Positions 11,134-24,705 of a stretch of DNA of 64,000 bases are shown piece after piece (position 1 is the stretch's first letter; the number at the start of each line of letters is the position of its first letter). Source of the stretch: Thecamonas trahens ATCC 50062. Lineage: Eukaryota > Protista > Apusomonadida. The notes below the pieces were generated by a model. It was not told the origin of the DNA. It ran no database searches and worked only from the letters and a program-made list of their open reading frames with translations. Made by a program: the position numbers and the translations under genes. Location of the stretch: positions 1 to 64,000 of the forward strand of contig NW_013657622.1 in the NCBI RefSeq assembly GCF_000142905.1, in the 5' to 3' direction.

Positions 11134-12043
11134 GTCCGCGCCGCAACTTGAGCGCGTCGCGGTCGGTCCATCCAGACGGCACAGCCCCGTTCAGCTTGCC
11201 AACAGCATGCTGCGCTCGCTGTGCAAAGGCCTCGGGGCTCTCACCGTTGTCTCGCACCAGCGTACTTCCGACAGTCACTGTCCAGCTCGTCATCGGCGCA
11301 AAAAAGAGCCAGCACAGCTCGCGAACTAGGTTTGATCCGAGCATGCCCGGCACCAGCGGGAGGCCGACGACGGCTGCCGAGAGGGCGACCGGGACAACTG
11401 GAACACCCACCGAGAACACAAACCGATTGAACCGCAGCAGACACCGTCCATTGGTATCCCATCCCTCAGGGAAGAACAGCATCGGTGCGCCATTTGTATC
11501 AACCGCCGCCGCGTGGACCTGCGCCCGTGTCGACGCGCCGGCGGACTTATCGATCGGGACAGCACCGATGATCCCACCAAAGACATTCAGAACACGAGCG
11601 TAGAAGCCAGCATCTAGGACGACTCTTACACGCGTAACCGCCAGGAGTGGGAAGACGTCAAAGGCCGAGACGTGCGATGCTGCAAGAACAGCACCTTCCT
11701 CTCCTGCCTTGCGCAGACGAGCCACATCATGATCAGCCACCACAACACGGATACCAAAGAGCCAAGCCAAAGTACGAACAATAGACGGCGTAAAGAATGA
11801 CGGGGGAAGACAGATCAGCATGGGAACGAGGCCGATGACCAGCACAATCCATCGCACGGTAGCCAAGACGAGTCCAAACGGCGTCCACATGGCAAGCACA
11901 GCCCATTGACCTGCTCTCTTGGCGGAGACATGTCCGTAGAAGAACAGCTCGGGAAGCGCAAGCTCGCCACGACCAGCACATCCTTCGCCCGCCTGGACAT
12001 CGCTATCATCGTCTTGCTTTCCTTTGTCCCTTCTCTTGCTCAT
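11117..12043 (-). CDS. AUP1/LPCAT-like acyltransferase-domain membrane protein
   Basis: N-terminal hydrophobic hairpin (WTPFGLVLATVRW), SHVSAFD (HxxxxD), FFPEGWDTNGRCLLRF and VVPVAL. ATG at 12043 is preferred over 12307. Confidence 0.82.
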   Translation of the reverse strand: MSKRRDKGKQDDDSDVQAGEGCAGRGELALPELFFYGHVSAKRAGQWAVLAMWTPFGLVLATVRWIVLVIGLVPMLICLPPSFFTPSIVRTLAWLFGIRVVVADHDVARLRKAGEEGAVLAASHVSAFDVFPLLAVTRVRVVLDAGFYARVLNVFGGIIGAVPIDKSAGASTRAQVHAAAVDTNGAPMLFFPEGWDTNGRCLLRFNRFVFSVGVPVVPVALSAAVVGLPLVPGMLGSNLVRELCWLFFAPMTSWTVTVGSTLVRDNGESPEAFAQRAQHAVGKLNGAVPSGWTDRDALKLRRGLMARD

Positions 12044-12413
12044 GCTCGCCTCGTCTCCTCCTCCTGCGCCAGCCGCTTCTCGCGCAAGTCGCGTGTGTCT
12101 GTCACCACGCGAAACGATGCCACTGACTTGGCTCGGGCTCTGACTGGGCTGATATATTTTTGTGGGCGGGGAAGCATGGGCTCCGCGCCAAGTAAGATCG
12201 ATCCATATGTTTTCGCGGTTGTACAATGCAGATGTGTGTATGGTCTTGCTCATGGGCTGCAGAAGGTGGCTATCAAAGTTTGTATGGCGTGCGTGGAGAC
12301 TCGCCAACCATGTTCACCGACGCCATTCGCCGATCGCTGATCACGAGCAATCACGCGCGATCTGAGGGCTATTTACCTGACATGTGCCCACCGCCGCGCT
12401 GCTGGCGGACAGC

Positions 12414-14692
12414 TCACTCGTCCTCGCTCATGACGTCCTCGACGGCGTCGCGCAGCTTGGCGACGCGAGCGGCAAGATCCTTGGCGTGTGCATCGTACGC
12501 CTGACGGGACCGGGCGAGGGCAGCCACGCGGTCCTTGACGGTGTCGACCGCGGCCTGGATAGCGCCCTGTGAGACCTCGACGACGCTGCCGCTGATGTCA
12601 GGCGTGCTCGCGTCGCCTGCGTCCCACGACGCAAACGAGTCGGCTTCCGAGCCGTGGTCCCACTGTGCAAAGCGGTCTTGTTGAGCATGGGCGCGGGCAC
12701 GGGCGCGAGCCTCGCCCACGCTCCGCAGCCGGGCCACGACCGCACGATGGACAGCGTCGCGCTGGTGCTTGTTGAGCGGGACGAGGGTCCCGGGCTCTGG
12801 CCGCCCGGCGTCACCCGCAAGCCGGCGCATGATCCGCCCGCGCGGATGCGAGAGCTTCGGGTAGGCGGCGTGGATGGCGGCCGAGGTCTGGTAGAAGACG
12901 GCATCACGGCGTCCTCGTGTACCGACCTGGCGCCGCTTCCCGCCCCGACGGTCGAGGCCAGTGAGCGCCACCAGCGCCCGATGGCCGCGACCAATGTTCT
13001 CGCCCGGTGCAACCTCGGGCGGACGCTGGCTCTCGGCCTCGAGAATGTGCGACCGGAACTTACCCGGGTCCAACAGCTGGGTCAGCGTCCGCGTGATCTG
13101 CGGCATGAGGTCGTCGCGGCGGGTGAGCGAGGCGGCAACGTGCTTGCGGAAGTAGGCCTCGACAACGGTCTTGATGCAGAGTAGGATGACGGGGACGTGA
13201 AAGGCCACGTAGTGGTCGGTCTCCCTCAGTGGGATTTCCAGCTCCACCATGTGTGTGACGACGCCAACAAGCGCCCATCCGAGCGCCTCAGTATCGCGTG
13301 TCTCGGCAACGTGGACACCGTGGACGTAGGTGATGGCCTCGCGGATAACTGCGCTCACAAACTGCGAGATAAGCGCCTCCTCGGCAGTCCGGCACTCGCT
13401 GGCGCTCACACCAAGCGATGAGGCAAAGGCATGAAGCGGAAACATGTCAAGGAAAACCTTCTGCATCTCCTCCAGCTCACGCCCGTCGATGGCCAGCGGC
13501 CGCCGCCGCTCTCCGCGCGCCCGCAGCTCGGCCTCGTCGTCAAGCACCGTCGACCGCATCCGTCCCAATAGGCTTCCGCCGATAGTTTTGTCGCCGGCAT
13601 GGTTCTCGGCCTCTTTCGCCATGAGCTTGGAGATCTCGAGCATGCCGCGCCGGACGAGGGTGGCCCGGTCGACGTACGCGCTCCGGGCCGCCGCCGCCAC
13701 CTCTGGTGCCAGGTCTCCTTCCGGGTGGGACTGACCGTCACCGTCGTCGTCGCCGTCGTCATCATCATTACGGCCACCGGCCCTAGCCTCGCCCTCGCCC
13801 TCGCCGTCAAACAGCAGCCGGTCGAGCGCAGCTTCTTTGAGGGCCTCGTCGACAGCCTTGCCGGCACCAAAGTACGAAAAGTGGTTGTGATGGAGCGCAA
13901 GGTGGGCTTTGGGCTTGGCGACCGGGCCTGGATCGACCATGACGTAGTCGTTCGACCAGCCCATGGAGGCGTAGTACTCGCGGATGGCCGAGTCCGGAAT
14001 TGGGAAGGCATCCATACAGGCAGCAATGTTGGATGCCGATGGCGTGACGCCGAGCGACTCGAGGTAAGAGGTAGCGTACAGCTTGCGGACCCGATTACGG
14101 AATATCTTTGCGCGACGCATGGCCTCGCGCTTGGCCCGCGACACCCGTCTGGTGTGGACCCGTCCGCCGTCGAGCTCGTCGGGCGGCGCGACGTAGCGAT
14201 CAGACGGCTTGAGCGGGAATGAGGCAGTGAACGGCTGGACCACCTCTGCGCGCAGCAGCATCCGCTCAACCTCGCGGCCATGCATGAGGACCTCGCCCTG
14301 GCCCGATCGCACATTACCAGCCCTGATGACGCCGTGTAAGCGATGGCCTGCGCTTCCTCTCCGTCGTGCCACAACGGTAGCCCTCCGACCCGAGTCCCAC
14401 TTGCGGAACCTACCGGAGCTCTTCTTCAGCGGACCCAGCCCAGCACCAGGCCGCCGCTTTCGACCCTTTGCCCGACCTCTACGACCCGATCCCCTCCACC
14501 AACCACGTCCCCTCCTTGCATCATCGCCCATGGCTCTTGCCGCCCGGACGGTCTCCTCCCTCCCACCATAAGCCAAGAGCAGACGATCACGAGAACGAGC
14601 AGAACGAAGACCACGACCATGACCATGACTACCATTGCCGGTCTCGGAAGAGGTGATGCGACCATGGCCATGACCACCACCATTACCACCGG

Positions 14693-14725
<33 letters not shown>

Positions 14726-15077
14726 TGTCATCATCGCCATCATCATGGCCACCATGACCACCACCACCACCATCACCACCACCGATGGCAGCAGCAAAAA
14801 TGACAGCAGAAGTGGACATGGTATCGGCACGGAGAGAATCAACAGAAACTGCTGATCGAAGACGATCATGACGACTATGACCCCGACCCCGACCCCGACC
14901 ATGACCATGCCCATGCCCATGGCCATGACCATGGCCATGACCTGGCTGCGACTCGCTTGCTCTCAAACTGCCACTCCTACCAACTCCGAGCTGGGGTGCA
15001 TGGCCAGCATGTCGTGTCTCGTACCACTCACGGTAGAGGCTGAGCAGTTGGTTCGCTGCGCCACTCGTGCTGCTCAT
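12414..15077 (-). CDS. Hypothetical 887-aa protein (His-Gly and poly-Asp N-terminus; C-terminal region weakly PPP1R36-like)
   Basis: Long ORF with GC3-biased codons. The similarity to PPP1R36 (VEAYFRKH..LLDPGKFRSH..FYQTSAAI) is a recollection-level resemblance only. Confidence 0.6.
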
Positions 15078-15302
15078 TGCCGCAGAGTCACGTCTTTGCC
15101 CGTCGTCCGTGTTGGCTGGTGGGCGGGCGGTTGGCGGGTGGCAGGCGGGTGGACGGGCGGGCGGGCGGCGGACGGGCGACGGGCGGTTGTGGGCGCGCTG
15201 GCTGATTAGCAGCGGGAATCGACTCGTCAGGATCTAGGCCATGGGCTATTGGATGGGCTGATTTCGGCGGACGGGCGGCGGGACGTTTCTGCGGTTTACT
15301 GC

Positions 15303-16766
15303 TCACAACAACGCACCCGAGTCCCGGACAACGTCCACCACGCCTCTCACCTCGAGCGCAGAGGCCGGCATGTACCGCTGGACAATGGCGGAGACTGGGA
15401 CGATGCGGTAGCCGTTCGAGCCGTAGACCGCGACCTTGGAGTCGCCGGTAGCATCGGCGTCGGCCGCGCCCGGGTAGACGCGGGCAACCTCGGCCGACGA
15501 CGGCGCAAAGTACATCGAGACGACGTAGAAGGTACCAAAGTCGCGGGTGTCGAACTGGGCGTAGATGCGTCCAAAGGCGTGCCCGCTGCTGTCGTGAAAG
15601 TAGATGTCGTGCTGATAGTCGCTCGAACGGAACCGGAGCAGCGGCCGCCCGCGGAGCGCAAACTGCAGATGGTCGGCCAGCGGCCCGTACCGCCATCCAG
15701 CTGCGTTAGCCGCCGCAATGCCATCCTTGACCTCGCGCGGGACGCCAACGTTCTCCTTGGCACCGGCGACGAGGACGCCTACGTTTCCGGCCGGCACACT
15801 GCGAAGGCCCGGCGCCTGCGGCGCAGCAGTAGCGGTGGTGACCCGCAAGACGCGCTGCATGAGCGCGGTCATCCGCTCGTCCTCGAGCCGGTCATTCTCC
15901 GCCTCGCGCTTACGCGCCGCCTCCAGCGCCGCCGCCTCGGTCTCAGCTGCCGCTGCCTCGCGCGCCGCCGCCGCCTCGGCCTCGGCTTGCAGCTTGGCCA
16001 GTCGCTCGGCCTCGGCCGCCGCTGCCGCTGCTGCCGCCACCTCGGCCGCCCGCCGCTCCTCCTCGATCTTGCGTTGGCGCACGAGCTCGATCTGCCGCAG
16101 CCGCTGCTGCTCCATCGTCTCCTGCAGCCGCTTGGCGAGGAGCGCGTCGTCGGCGTCGAGCCCTCTGTTTGCAAGCTTCTTGCGCTGCTCCTCCTTGGCC
16201 TTCCGCTCAGCCTCTTCCTTGGCCCGCCTGCGGGCCTCGGCAGCCTCGATCTCGGCGCGCTTGCGCTGCTGGCGCTTTGCGAGTGAGGCTTGCTGCTTGA
16301 GGACCTCCTGCGACGCAGCCTCGCCGTGCGACCGCATCCGCGACCGTGCTGTCTTGATCCGCTTGTTTCCAGACTGAGTCTCGTCGTACGTCTCCACAAT
16401 GTCCATGGCCCCGCGCGACGCCGCGAGTGCCGCCACCGCGAGCGCCGCCGCGTCGGCCTGCGCCTTGGCCGTTGGTGTCAGAGCCGCAGAGCTCGGCTCT
16501 TCAACGTGCTTGGGGAGCACGCTCGGTGTCCCTGCACCCGACTCGCGGCTCTGGCTCCGCTTGCGCTTTTTGGATGACTTGTCCGGCACAACGCGCGGGG
16601 CTGCTGTCGCCGCCACAGCATCAGCTTGCCGGCGGACAGCCTGCCGCGCCCGCGCCACTGCCTGCTGCTGCTCCAGCTGCTTCCGCGCCAGTGCGGCATC
16701 GCGTTCAGCCTGCTGCTGCCGCAGCCTGATCTGCTCTTCCTGTGCCCGCGCTTGCGCCTGTGCTCT

Positions 16767-16809
<43 letters not shown>

Positions 16810-17814
16810 ACCTGCTCCCGCGCACGCTGTGCGTCAACGGCAGGTGTGGGTGCCACATCCATGGGTGCGACGCCCGACGGCAGCGACGACGGCGGTGGAG
16901 CTGTGTGGATGGCCTGGCGGCGGGCCTGCTCCTGTGCGGCAGTCATGGCATGGATTCGGGCGGACGATTCAGCAATTGAACGCGCGCGCGCGGCTTCCAT
17001 CGCCCGCGCTCGCTCTGCGAGCTTAGCCTCGGCAGCTGCACGTGCTGCAATCTGCTCTTGCTTCTCCAGCTCGACGAGTGCGTGGCGCGCCCGCGCGGGT
17101 GTGCGAGGCAGCGCTGCACGTCAGCGAGCGAGACTTGCTTGGGCTCGAGGACGAGCTCACCGCTCCGAAGCATGTTGAGCAGCGACGGGACGCCTCTGTT
17201 GAGAGGTTTTTTGACGCCCGGAATGTTGCCCTGGACGTCAAAGATCTCCCAGATCGAATACGGGTCACGCTCCCAGCTGGTCGACTCGTCTTCGACATAC
17301 TTGCCCACCATCGGATCGTACATGGCGATCTTGAGCTCGCACCACCCGGCACGATCCGAGGCGTGAATAGCGACGATGCGACCGTACGAGAGCTCGCCGT
17401 CCATCTCAATGCAAAGTACTCGCGCTTCTTCCACTGGCGCATCCGAGCCAGATGATACAGGTCGGCGAGGATGACCGAATCGACCGAGTAATGCGAGTTG
17501 ATGTGGGTGACGGTGAACCGATAACCAAAGAACTTTGACGTGACGTCGTTGACCACGAGGACGGCGACCCAGTCTTGGTCGTTTGACCGCTGCACGCTCT
17601 CCACCACGCAGTAGTACTTGACGCCGATCGCGTTCAGTGGGCTCTTGCTGATGTGCTCGTAGTTGGGCACCGCCATCCGCTCTTCCAAGTTGCTCTTCCG
17701 CACGTGATCCTGCATATAGTGGCCCTCGTACAGATACACCACATTGTCACCGGCCTGGAACTTGCGCGTCAGCTCTGGGCTCTGTAAAATCAGCGCCTTT
17801 GGCTTGCGCGACAT
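15303..17814 (-). CDS. Chromatin-reader-like protein: PHIP/BRWD-type cryptic Tudor region + coiled coil + C-terminal BAH-like domain; two -1 breaks
   Basis: QAGDNVVYLYEGH..RFTVTH..VDSVIL..RQWK..YF(C)IEMDGELSYGRI..PYSIWEI parallels the PHIP/BRWD segment upstream of the bromodomains. The C-terminal DIYF..FGRIYAQF..GTFYVVSMYFAP..VYGSNGYRIVPVSAI is BAH-like. Three ORFs (17023..17814, 16943..17434, 15303..17000) join after +1 base at 17413-15 and 17097-99. Confidence 0.7.
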
Positions 17815-17849
17815 GGCTACTGCTAGCTCTGCTCTTTGCTCAGACCAGT

Positions 17850-18110
17850 AGACTTGTCTGCCGGCAAGTTGTCAGCCGATGCCTCGTTGTCAGCCACCAC
17901 CAGGTTGTCGGCCGATGTCTCGTTGTCTGCCGGCAAGTTGTCAGCCGATGCCTCGTTGTCAGCCACCACCAGGTTGTCAGCCGATGCCTCGTTGTCAGTC
18001 ACCACCAAGTTGTCAGCCGATGCCTCGTTGTCAGCCACAGCCAAGTTGTTCGCCACGACCAAGCTGTTCACGACCAGCACGTTGTCAGCCACGACCAACC
18101 AAGTTGTCCG
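17850..18110. repeat. Minisatellite built on GTTGTC(A/G)GCC subunits (15/18-nt periodicity); minus strand reads (ADNEASADNLVV)n
   Basis: Repeated gttgtcagccgatgcctcgttgtcagccaccaccag; ORF 17823..18143 (-). Confidence 0.85.
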
Positions 18111-18455
18111 CAACCGGTCCTTCGTGTCGGCAGACTCGGTCACTCACACCTTCGGCTCCACAACCAGCCAGCCAACCGCAACCACAACCACAACCACAAC
18201 CACAGTCACAGCCACGCCCTCTACCTCTACCTCTACCGTGTCCCTTTTTTCCGGAACAACAAGGCAACGACCAAACTGGCCTCCAGTATACTCGGGCCGC
18301 CCACCGGTGGCGAAAAGTGTTGCACCCGGACCCCGCCCAACCCCGCCGACCGAGTCGCACGCGCACTTGGCCACACGGCCACCTCGGCTCACTGACACAC
18401 AAACAACAAGGTCGAACGGAAACAAATTGTTTAACTACGTCGCGCCCTATGCCGA

Positions 18456-21400
18456 CTACTCGATGGGCGCAACCTTGTTACCGCGCCGCTTGCGTGCGGT
18501 GCTTGCTTGCGGCTTCTCTGACGATCGAGGACGTGTCTGCCCGCCGGTCGACGAGACCGACCGCCTGCGGCTGTTGCTGCTGCCGGTGCTGCCGTGGTTA
18601 GGCGGCGGGCGGGCACTGCGTGGCGAGCCGGCACGGAAGATGCGGCCACCGGCAGCAGCGCGGGAGCCGCCGCCGCCGGTGTTGGTCGACGAGAGCCGAC
18701 GCGACCGCCCATCGTCCGAGCCCGAGACCGCCGACCGCGACGACTCGAGCGAGGCCATATTGGCTGTCGACGTCGACTTGGACTTGCCGTCGCCCCCGCT
18801 CCGTCCGCCGGAGAGCGAAGCATTGGCGCCGCGCCCGGCCTTGGCCTTGGGCGACTTGCCGCCAGCATTGCCACTGCGAGCGCTAACTACCGGCCGGCCG
18901 CCCTGATTGAGGAGTAAGCCTTTGCGGGTCGACGACTTGCGCGCCATGTTGCGCCAGTGCGCAACGTGGCGGACAGGCATGAGTGCCATGGCAAACGACT
19001 GTCCGGTATCCTGCGAAAAGGCAAAGCCCTTGGAGAACGAAGCCGAGCCGGAGGCGAGCGTATTGTTGGGGTCGGCCGCCACCGCGAGCGCCGACTTGTT
19101 CTTCTCCTCCATCCGGTCGAGGAGCTTCTTGTGCGCCTTGATCTTGGACTTTTGCATCTCCTGGATGATGTGCACCCGCCGCGGCGCGAGCTGCCGGGAG
19201 AGGAATGCGTACGTCAGGTCCGGCACAAGCGCCGTGACCGGGACAACCAGGCAGGTGAGCCAGAACCGCGGGTCCGCAAAGAGCTCAAAGGCAACCCAGT
19301 ACATTTCCGGGAAGAGCGACGGGACAAGCGAGCCAAAGATGAGGAGGACGAACCAGTTGGCGAGCGAGACAACGACTGCCGCAAGGTTGTACCACGTCCA
19401 GTTACGGATCTCCAGTGCGAGCTTACCGGTCACCACAAGGACAACACAAGTAAAGACGACCGAGCCGAGAAGAAACACGCCGCTGTGCTGCCCGTCCGCC
19501 GCCGCCGTCGTGCCCGAGTATACGCCGCGGACGCCGAAAAAGATGACTGCTGAGTGGAAGATGGCGTTGGCGATCCAGAGGACAAAGAGCTTGACGTTGA
19601 ACTCCTTCTTGTTCTGCCCGTCAAAGTAGAGCTCGGGGAACTCGAGTGACGACTCGTGGCTGACGTCCTGGTCGATCGAGGCGAGGATGATGATAGGGAG
19701 GCCAGCAAAGAGCACGTTGAAGAGCGGAATGTAGTTGGAGTGGTACAGCGTCTGGCCCGAGAACGCCGACGAGAGGGCAAACCAAAACTGCGGCATGACA
19801 AATGTCATGTTCTTGTAGAACGAGTAGAGAATGAGCTTGGAAATGCGCTGGTAGTTCCACCGCCCGTGGATGAGCAGCAGCCGCTTGAGGTACTTGAACT
19901 GCGCGATCGCGTAGTCGGATGCCATCACGGCCTGCATGCCTTCGTTGCCCGAGATCCCGATCCCGATGTGCGCAGCCTGGATCATTGACACGTCGTTAGC
20001 GCCGTCGCCGATGGCAAGCGTCACCACCGGCTCGGAGTCCTTGACCAGACCCACCACAAGCGCCTTTTGCAACGGCGAGACGCGGCAGCAAATGACCGAC
20101 TTGCACAGGTTGCCGAGCTGGAGGAACCGCGGCGCGTTGCTCGCGGCCAACGCATGCTCGAGCGTGGCGCCGTCGATGACCAGCCCGACATCACCCTCGT
20201 AGTCCGAGTACTTGGCGATAGCGTCGTCGAGCGCCGAGGCCACGGCATCTTCCGTGTCGGCGTCGAGAATGACGAGCGACATGCCTTCGTAGAGGAGCGC
20301 GCATGAGTACCCGATGTTGATTGCTGTCTCCTGCTTGTCACCCGTGAGTACCCAGACTTTGATTCCGCCGTGGAGCAGGTTCTGGATGGTGTCGGCCACG
20401 CCGTCCTGAAGCTTGTCCTCGATGGCCGTCGCACCGAGGAGCACGAGCTCGCACTCGATCTTGGACTGCACCTCCTCAACCTTTTCCTTGCGGTTGATGA
20501 TGGTGGCCGAGGCCTTGACAAATTCGGCGGCCCACGGCGTGTACTCGGACTCGGGAATGTCGCGGACGGCGAGGACGAGCGTGCGGAGCCCATCGCGCGC
20601 AAATTCTTCGAGGTGCTGCGATGTGACGTCCATGAGCTCTTTCTGGCCACCGGCGAGCCGCTCGTATATGACCGAGTCGGCGCCCTTGCAGTAGAGCTTG
20701 ATGTTGCCGTCGGGCGTCCGGACAATGACCGACATGCGCTTGCGCGTCGAGTTGAACTCGAGGACGTGGAGGAGCGTGTAGACTGCCGGCTTGCCAAAAA
20801 CCTCGATGACTACCTCGGACGCCGACCGCGACGCAAACTTGTAGCCGAGCCCGCGCGCGGCCTCGACAAGCGCACCCTCGTCCGGCGACGACGCCATGTA
20901 CTTGGTCGTGTCCGCCACCGACGGGCCGGTGCCGTCCGACGATGATGTCCGCCCGGGCGTGACCGCCTCAGAGCCCGAGGCCTCGTCGCCGTCGCTCGGC
21001 TGCGCCGTCTCGGGAATGACGGTGTGGCAGAGGGCAAGCATGCGGAGGAACTCATCCAGGACTGGTGCCGTCGGATGTCCGTTGCGGAGGTTCTCATGGA
21101 TGGTCGGGTCGTCAAAGTAGAAGAGCCCGTCCTCGGAGAACTTTTCTGTGTCCGGCGGCGGCATGAGCGTCCGGCCCTCGCGCATGGCCGCTCCGATGGC
21201 CGCCTCGGTCACGGCGTGCCCGTACGACACGCCGCCAGCCGAGCACTTGAGAAACTCCATGGTGTTGCACGTGAGCGTTCCCGTCTTGTCCGAGAACACG
21301 TAGTGTACTTGTCCGAGCTCCTCATTGAGGTTCGACGTCCGCGCCTTCATCGGTGTGTCAGTCACCGGGTAATACATCTCAACATCCCACTCCATGAGCT

Positions 21401-22762
21401 TGGCTTGGACCACCCGGACCATCTCGGCCGAGACGTAGAGCGAGATGGGAATCATGACGTTAAGCAGGATCATAAAGGTGAAAACCCGAGCACGCCAGAG
21501 AGCGCTGCGTCGTTGCCGGCGTCGGTGGCCAACGAGCCCATGTAGTTCGCCTTGGACACCGTGTTTTCTGCGTATGCAAAGTTGGAGACGCCGGCCACCG
21601 CGCAGAGGACGAGCTGAAACACAAAGATGATAAACACATCCTTGTTCATAATTCGGTCAATCTGCGACCGCTTCGACGGCGGGTCCATCGAGTTGCGCAT
21701 GAGCTTGGTATCGTGCCCGGTGTAGACCGCCACGCCGTAGACCCACTCGGTGTTGCGGAGGTTGCAACCGCGGAGGCAGACCTTGCGGTTGTCGAGCGCC
21801 ACACCTGTGGTGCCCTCGCGCTCGCTTGGCTTGCACAGATAGAGCGTGCCGGTGAAGGTGTACAGCCGGTTGTTTGGGCCCTCGCACTCGATGGTGCCTT
21901 CAAACTTGGTGAGTGCCTCGGGCGTGTCAAAGTCGAGCGTCTGCGACGGCGCCTGCCGGATCTTGAGGTTGGTCTCGCCGTCGAGGTTCGCTGTCTCAAT
22001 GTAGCACGTCCCCTGCTCGCCCGAGGTCGAGAGGAGGATGACATCGCACGGAAAGGCCTCGCCCGAGGTGACGTAAACAATGTCGCCCACACGCACAGAC
22101 TCCCAGCTCACCTCCTCCACGGTTGTACACCCGGGCCGCAGCACTCGCGTCGTCCGCGAGTTGGTCTCCTTGTCCTGCTTTGCCCGCCTCCGGTCCTCCA
22201 CGAGCTCCTTGGCGCCCGTGATGACAAGCACGAGCGCGAGCGGGAAGATTGACGCAAACGGATTGAGCGGCGAGAGGTTGGGAATAAACTGGATGCAGAT
22301 GATGAGAAGAAAGTAAAAGTTAGCCAGCCGCCGGAACTGCTCGTACAGCTGCATCGGCACAAACGACCACCATGTGTACTTGGTCGTTGACGTGTGATTG
22401 TTGCAAAACGCAGCTCCGCCGCCCAGTGCGCTGGTTCCCGTCGCAACTGTCCTCAGCACACCGTCGTTCTCGGGCTCGCCCTCAAAGTAGTCCGAATCAC
22501 CCGCCGAGGCCGAATCTAGATACTCACACACCTCCATCTCTGCATCCGAGCACTCGCCCTCTCCACTGGCAGACACCACAGACTCAGACGAGCCCTTGGT
22601 CGTCGACTTGGAGCGTCTGTAGCTGTGTGCAACCGGTCCACCGAGTTCACACACGGCGGCCACAACAGTGTGGCCCAGCCCGAAATCCGTCAGGAGCGAA
22701 CCCCGAAGCAAGCAAAGACCAGTCACGACCGACACCATACCATGTATGATGTGATGACGCAT
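18456..22762 (-). CDS. P4-type ATPase phospholipid flippase (DRS2/ATP8-like); one -1 break at 21481-84
   Basis: NHTSTTKYT..LYEQFRRLANFYF, ETANLDGETNLK, IPISLYVS, SDKTGTLT, ASSPDEGAL, TAIEDKLQ, TGDKQETA, IGDGANDVSMIQ and a C-terminal GFAFSQ. The start codon is uncertain. Confidence 0.95.
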
Positions 22763-23411
22763 GTGGGGCCACCCGCATCAGTCCAAATCACAACACCATT
22801 CACAACGCGAGCGACAAGTCGCCATTCACAACGCGAGCGAGAAGTCGCCATCAGACAGGGAACAACGCCGGAGGGGTTCAGGGGGAAGGAGCATTGCGGC
22901 CAGAGGGGAGGGGGGAGCACAAAGGAGTCAGCGAGGTCGAGGACGAGCATGACCATAACAAGTCATAGGTAATGGAGAAGGTGTCTGGGGGTTAGTGTGG
23001 CAAATGTAGTCATGGTTACCCTCGCCCAGCACCTGCTTGTCATGGCCATTCATGGCGAGGTGCGGGAGGGTGTCGCGCCAAAACGCAGCCATCTCAATGG
23101 CCTGCATCAAATCAACGTTCGCTTTGCATTATGATGATGCTATCCTTCTGCCAGCAAAAGGGTGGAAGTTGTGGTGAAGGCATGACGACTCAAGCTTCCA
23201 CACCATGTATGGTCATTCAACCACAATCACAGCAATTACATATATATGCGCACATCTTCTGGCTATGGTATAGACTGAACACTACTCTAATAACTGCTCT
23301 GTAGCTCGAGATAGAGCTTCTCCATGGCGCCGGCCAATACAACGGGCGGCGGCGAATGACTGCTCATTGGCACTCTCCCCACACCACGCACAACGCTCCC
23401 CACACCAACAA

Positions 23412-23455
<44 letters not shown>
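23412..23455. repeat. (CAT)n microsatellite
   Basis: ~14 perfect CAT units in intergenic DNA. Confidence 0.95.
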
Positions 23456-24705
23456 CAAACACACACATGGCATGGGAGCTACATACCTTGCCATAGTGAA
23501 ACTAGTGGGAGATACGACCCACCGAGAGGTCTGCGAGCACTTGGTTTAGCCGTCGCTGAAGCTCCTATGAACAGGAAGCCGTGCGCTGTGGTCTACTGCT
23601 CTGCCCGCTCCTCCCCAGCCAAATGAGAGAGAGCAGTGGTAACGTTTGGTGAGTAACATCAAATTTTGGTTGCTCCCGGTTTCTTTTTTTTTTGCTCCCC
23701 AGAGCAGTATCATGTAGCCATTGCTGCTGCCCTGTACACGTCTCTGCTCTTTAACATGGCCGTCATGATGGTCTCGACACCTTGTCGTATCAATGGCTGC
23801 AAGGGGGAGATGCCTGCCTTCGATCGGATCCGTGTCAAAGACCGTGGTTGATCCCCCGTGAAAAAGCTGCACCTTTGTGCACTTTTGAAACAGTCCATCA
23901 CTGTAGTCACCAGGGGGCAGTGGTGGGCTGTTTCAGACGATGCCGCCATCTACCGCTTCATCTCTCAACACGTCGAGTGTGGCGCGGTATTGTTCCACTT
24001 TTTGCACAGCTGTGCACTTTGATCTTTAGAGTCATGAACGAGTCGCCGCGAATGCGGGGCCGACCAGCCGTGAGGCAGCCGTTCAACCGAAGCTGGCGAC
24101 GCCGACGGGTGACCTGGCCCGCGCACCAACTCGCAGATCGGATATCACATACGACGTACTCCGAGCCCGAGCCCGAGCCCGATCCCAATCCGGCACTGGG
24201 GCCGCCCGATCCGGAACTGCCCAACCTGGGGCTGCCCGACTTGGCGGAGAATCAGCTCGAGGCTCCACCACCGTCCCCCCCACCCCCCCCCACGCCCCCC
24301 CCCCCACGCCGCACCCGCTCGATCCCTTGATATAGACCACTACTACCACTGCCACTGCAGACCAACTTGGTCGCTTTCGCATCCACGCCGACGCCTCCCA
24401 GCCTAAACGTGGGCAGCGTATGGCTCCATCAACAAGCGCGAAATCTCCGCCGCCACACCGCACCGCCGCCCGACCTCTCCCACCAGCCCACGCCATGGTC
24501 CACCACCACACGTCAGACACAGGCTGACCAAGCCGTAGCAAAGTAGTCGGAGGGTGCGATCGGCGGCCACGTGCGATGGGCAGTCATGTGTGATGAGCAG
24601 CCACGTGCCATCGGCAGCCGTGCGAGAGGAGCCATCTCATTGATGGTTAATGTGCAACAAGATTGTGGTTGGCAGCAGCAGCACCACCTCACTCTGGCGC
24701 CGCAA

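Noticed and set aside
23782-24330. ORF containing EPEPEPDPNPALGPPDPELPNLGLPD
   Set aside because: Only a short stretch looks coding and no domain is recognisable; there is not enough support to call a gene.
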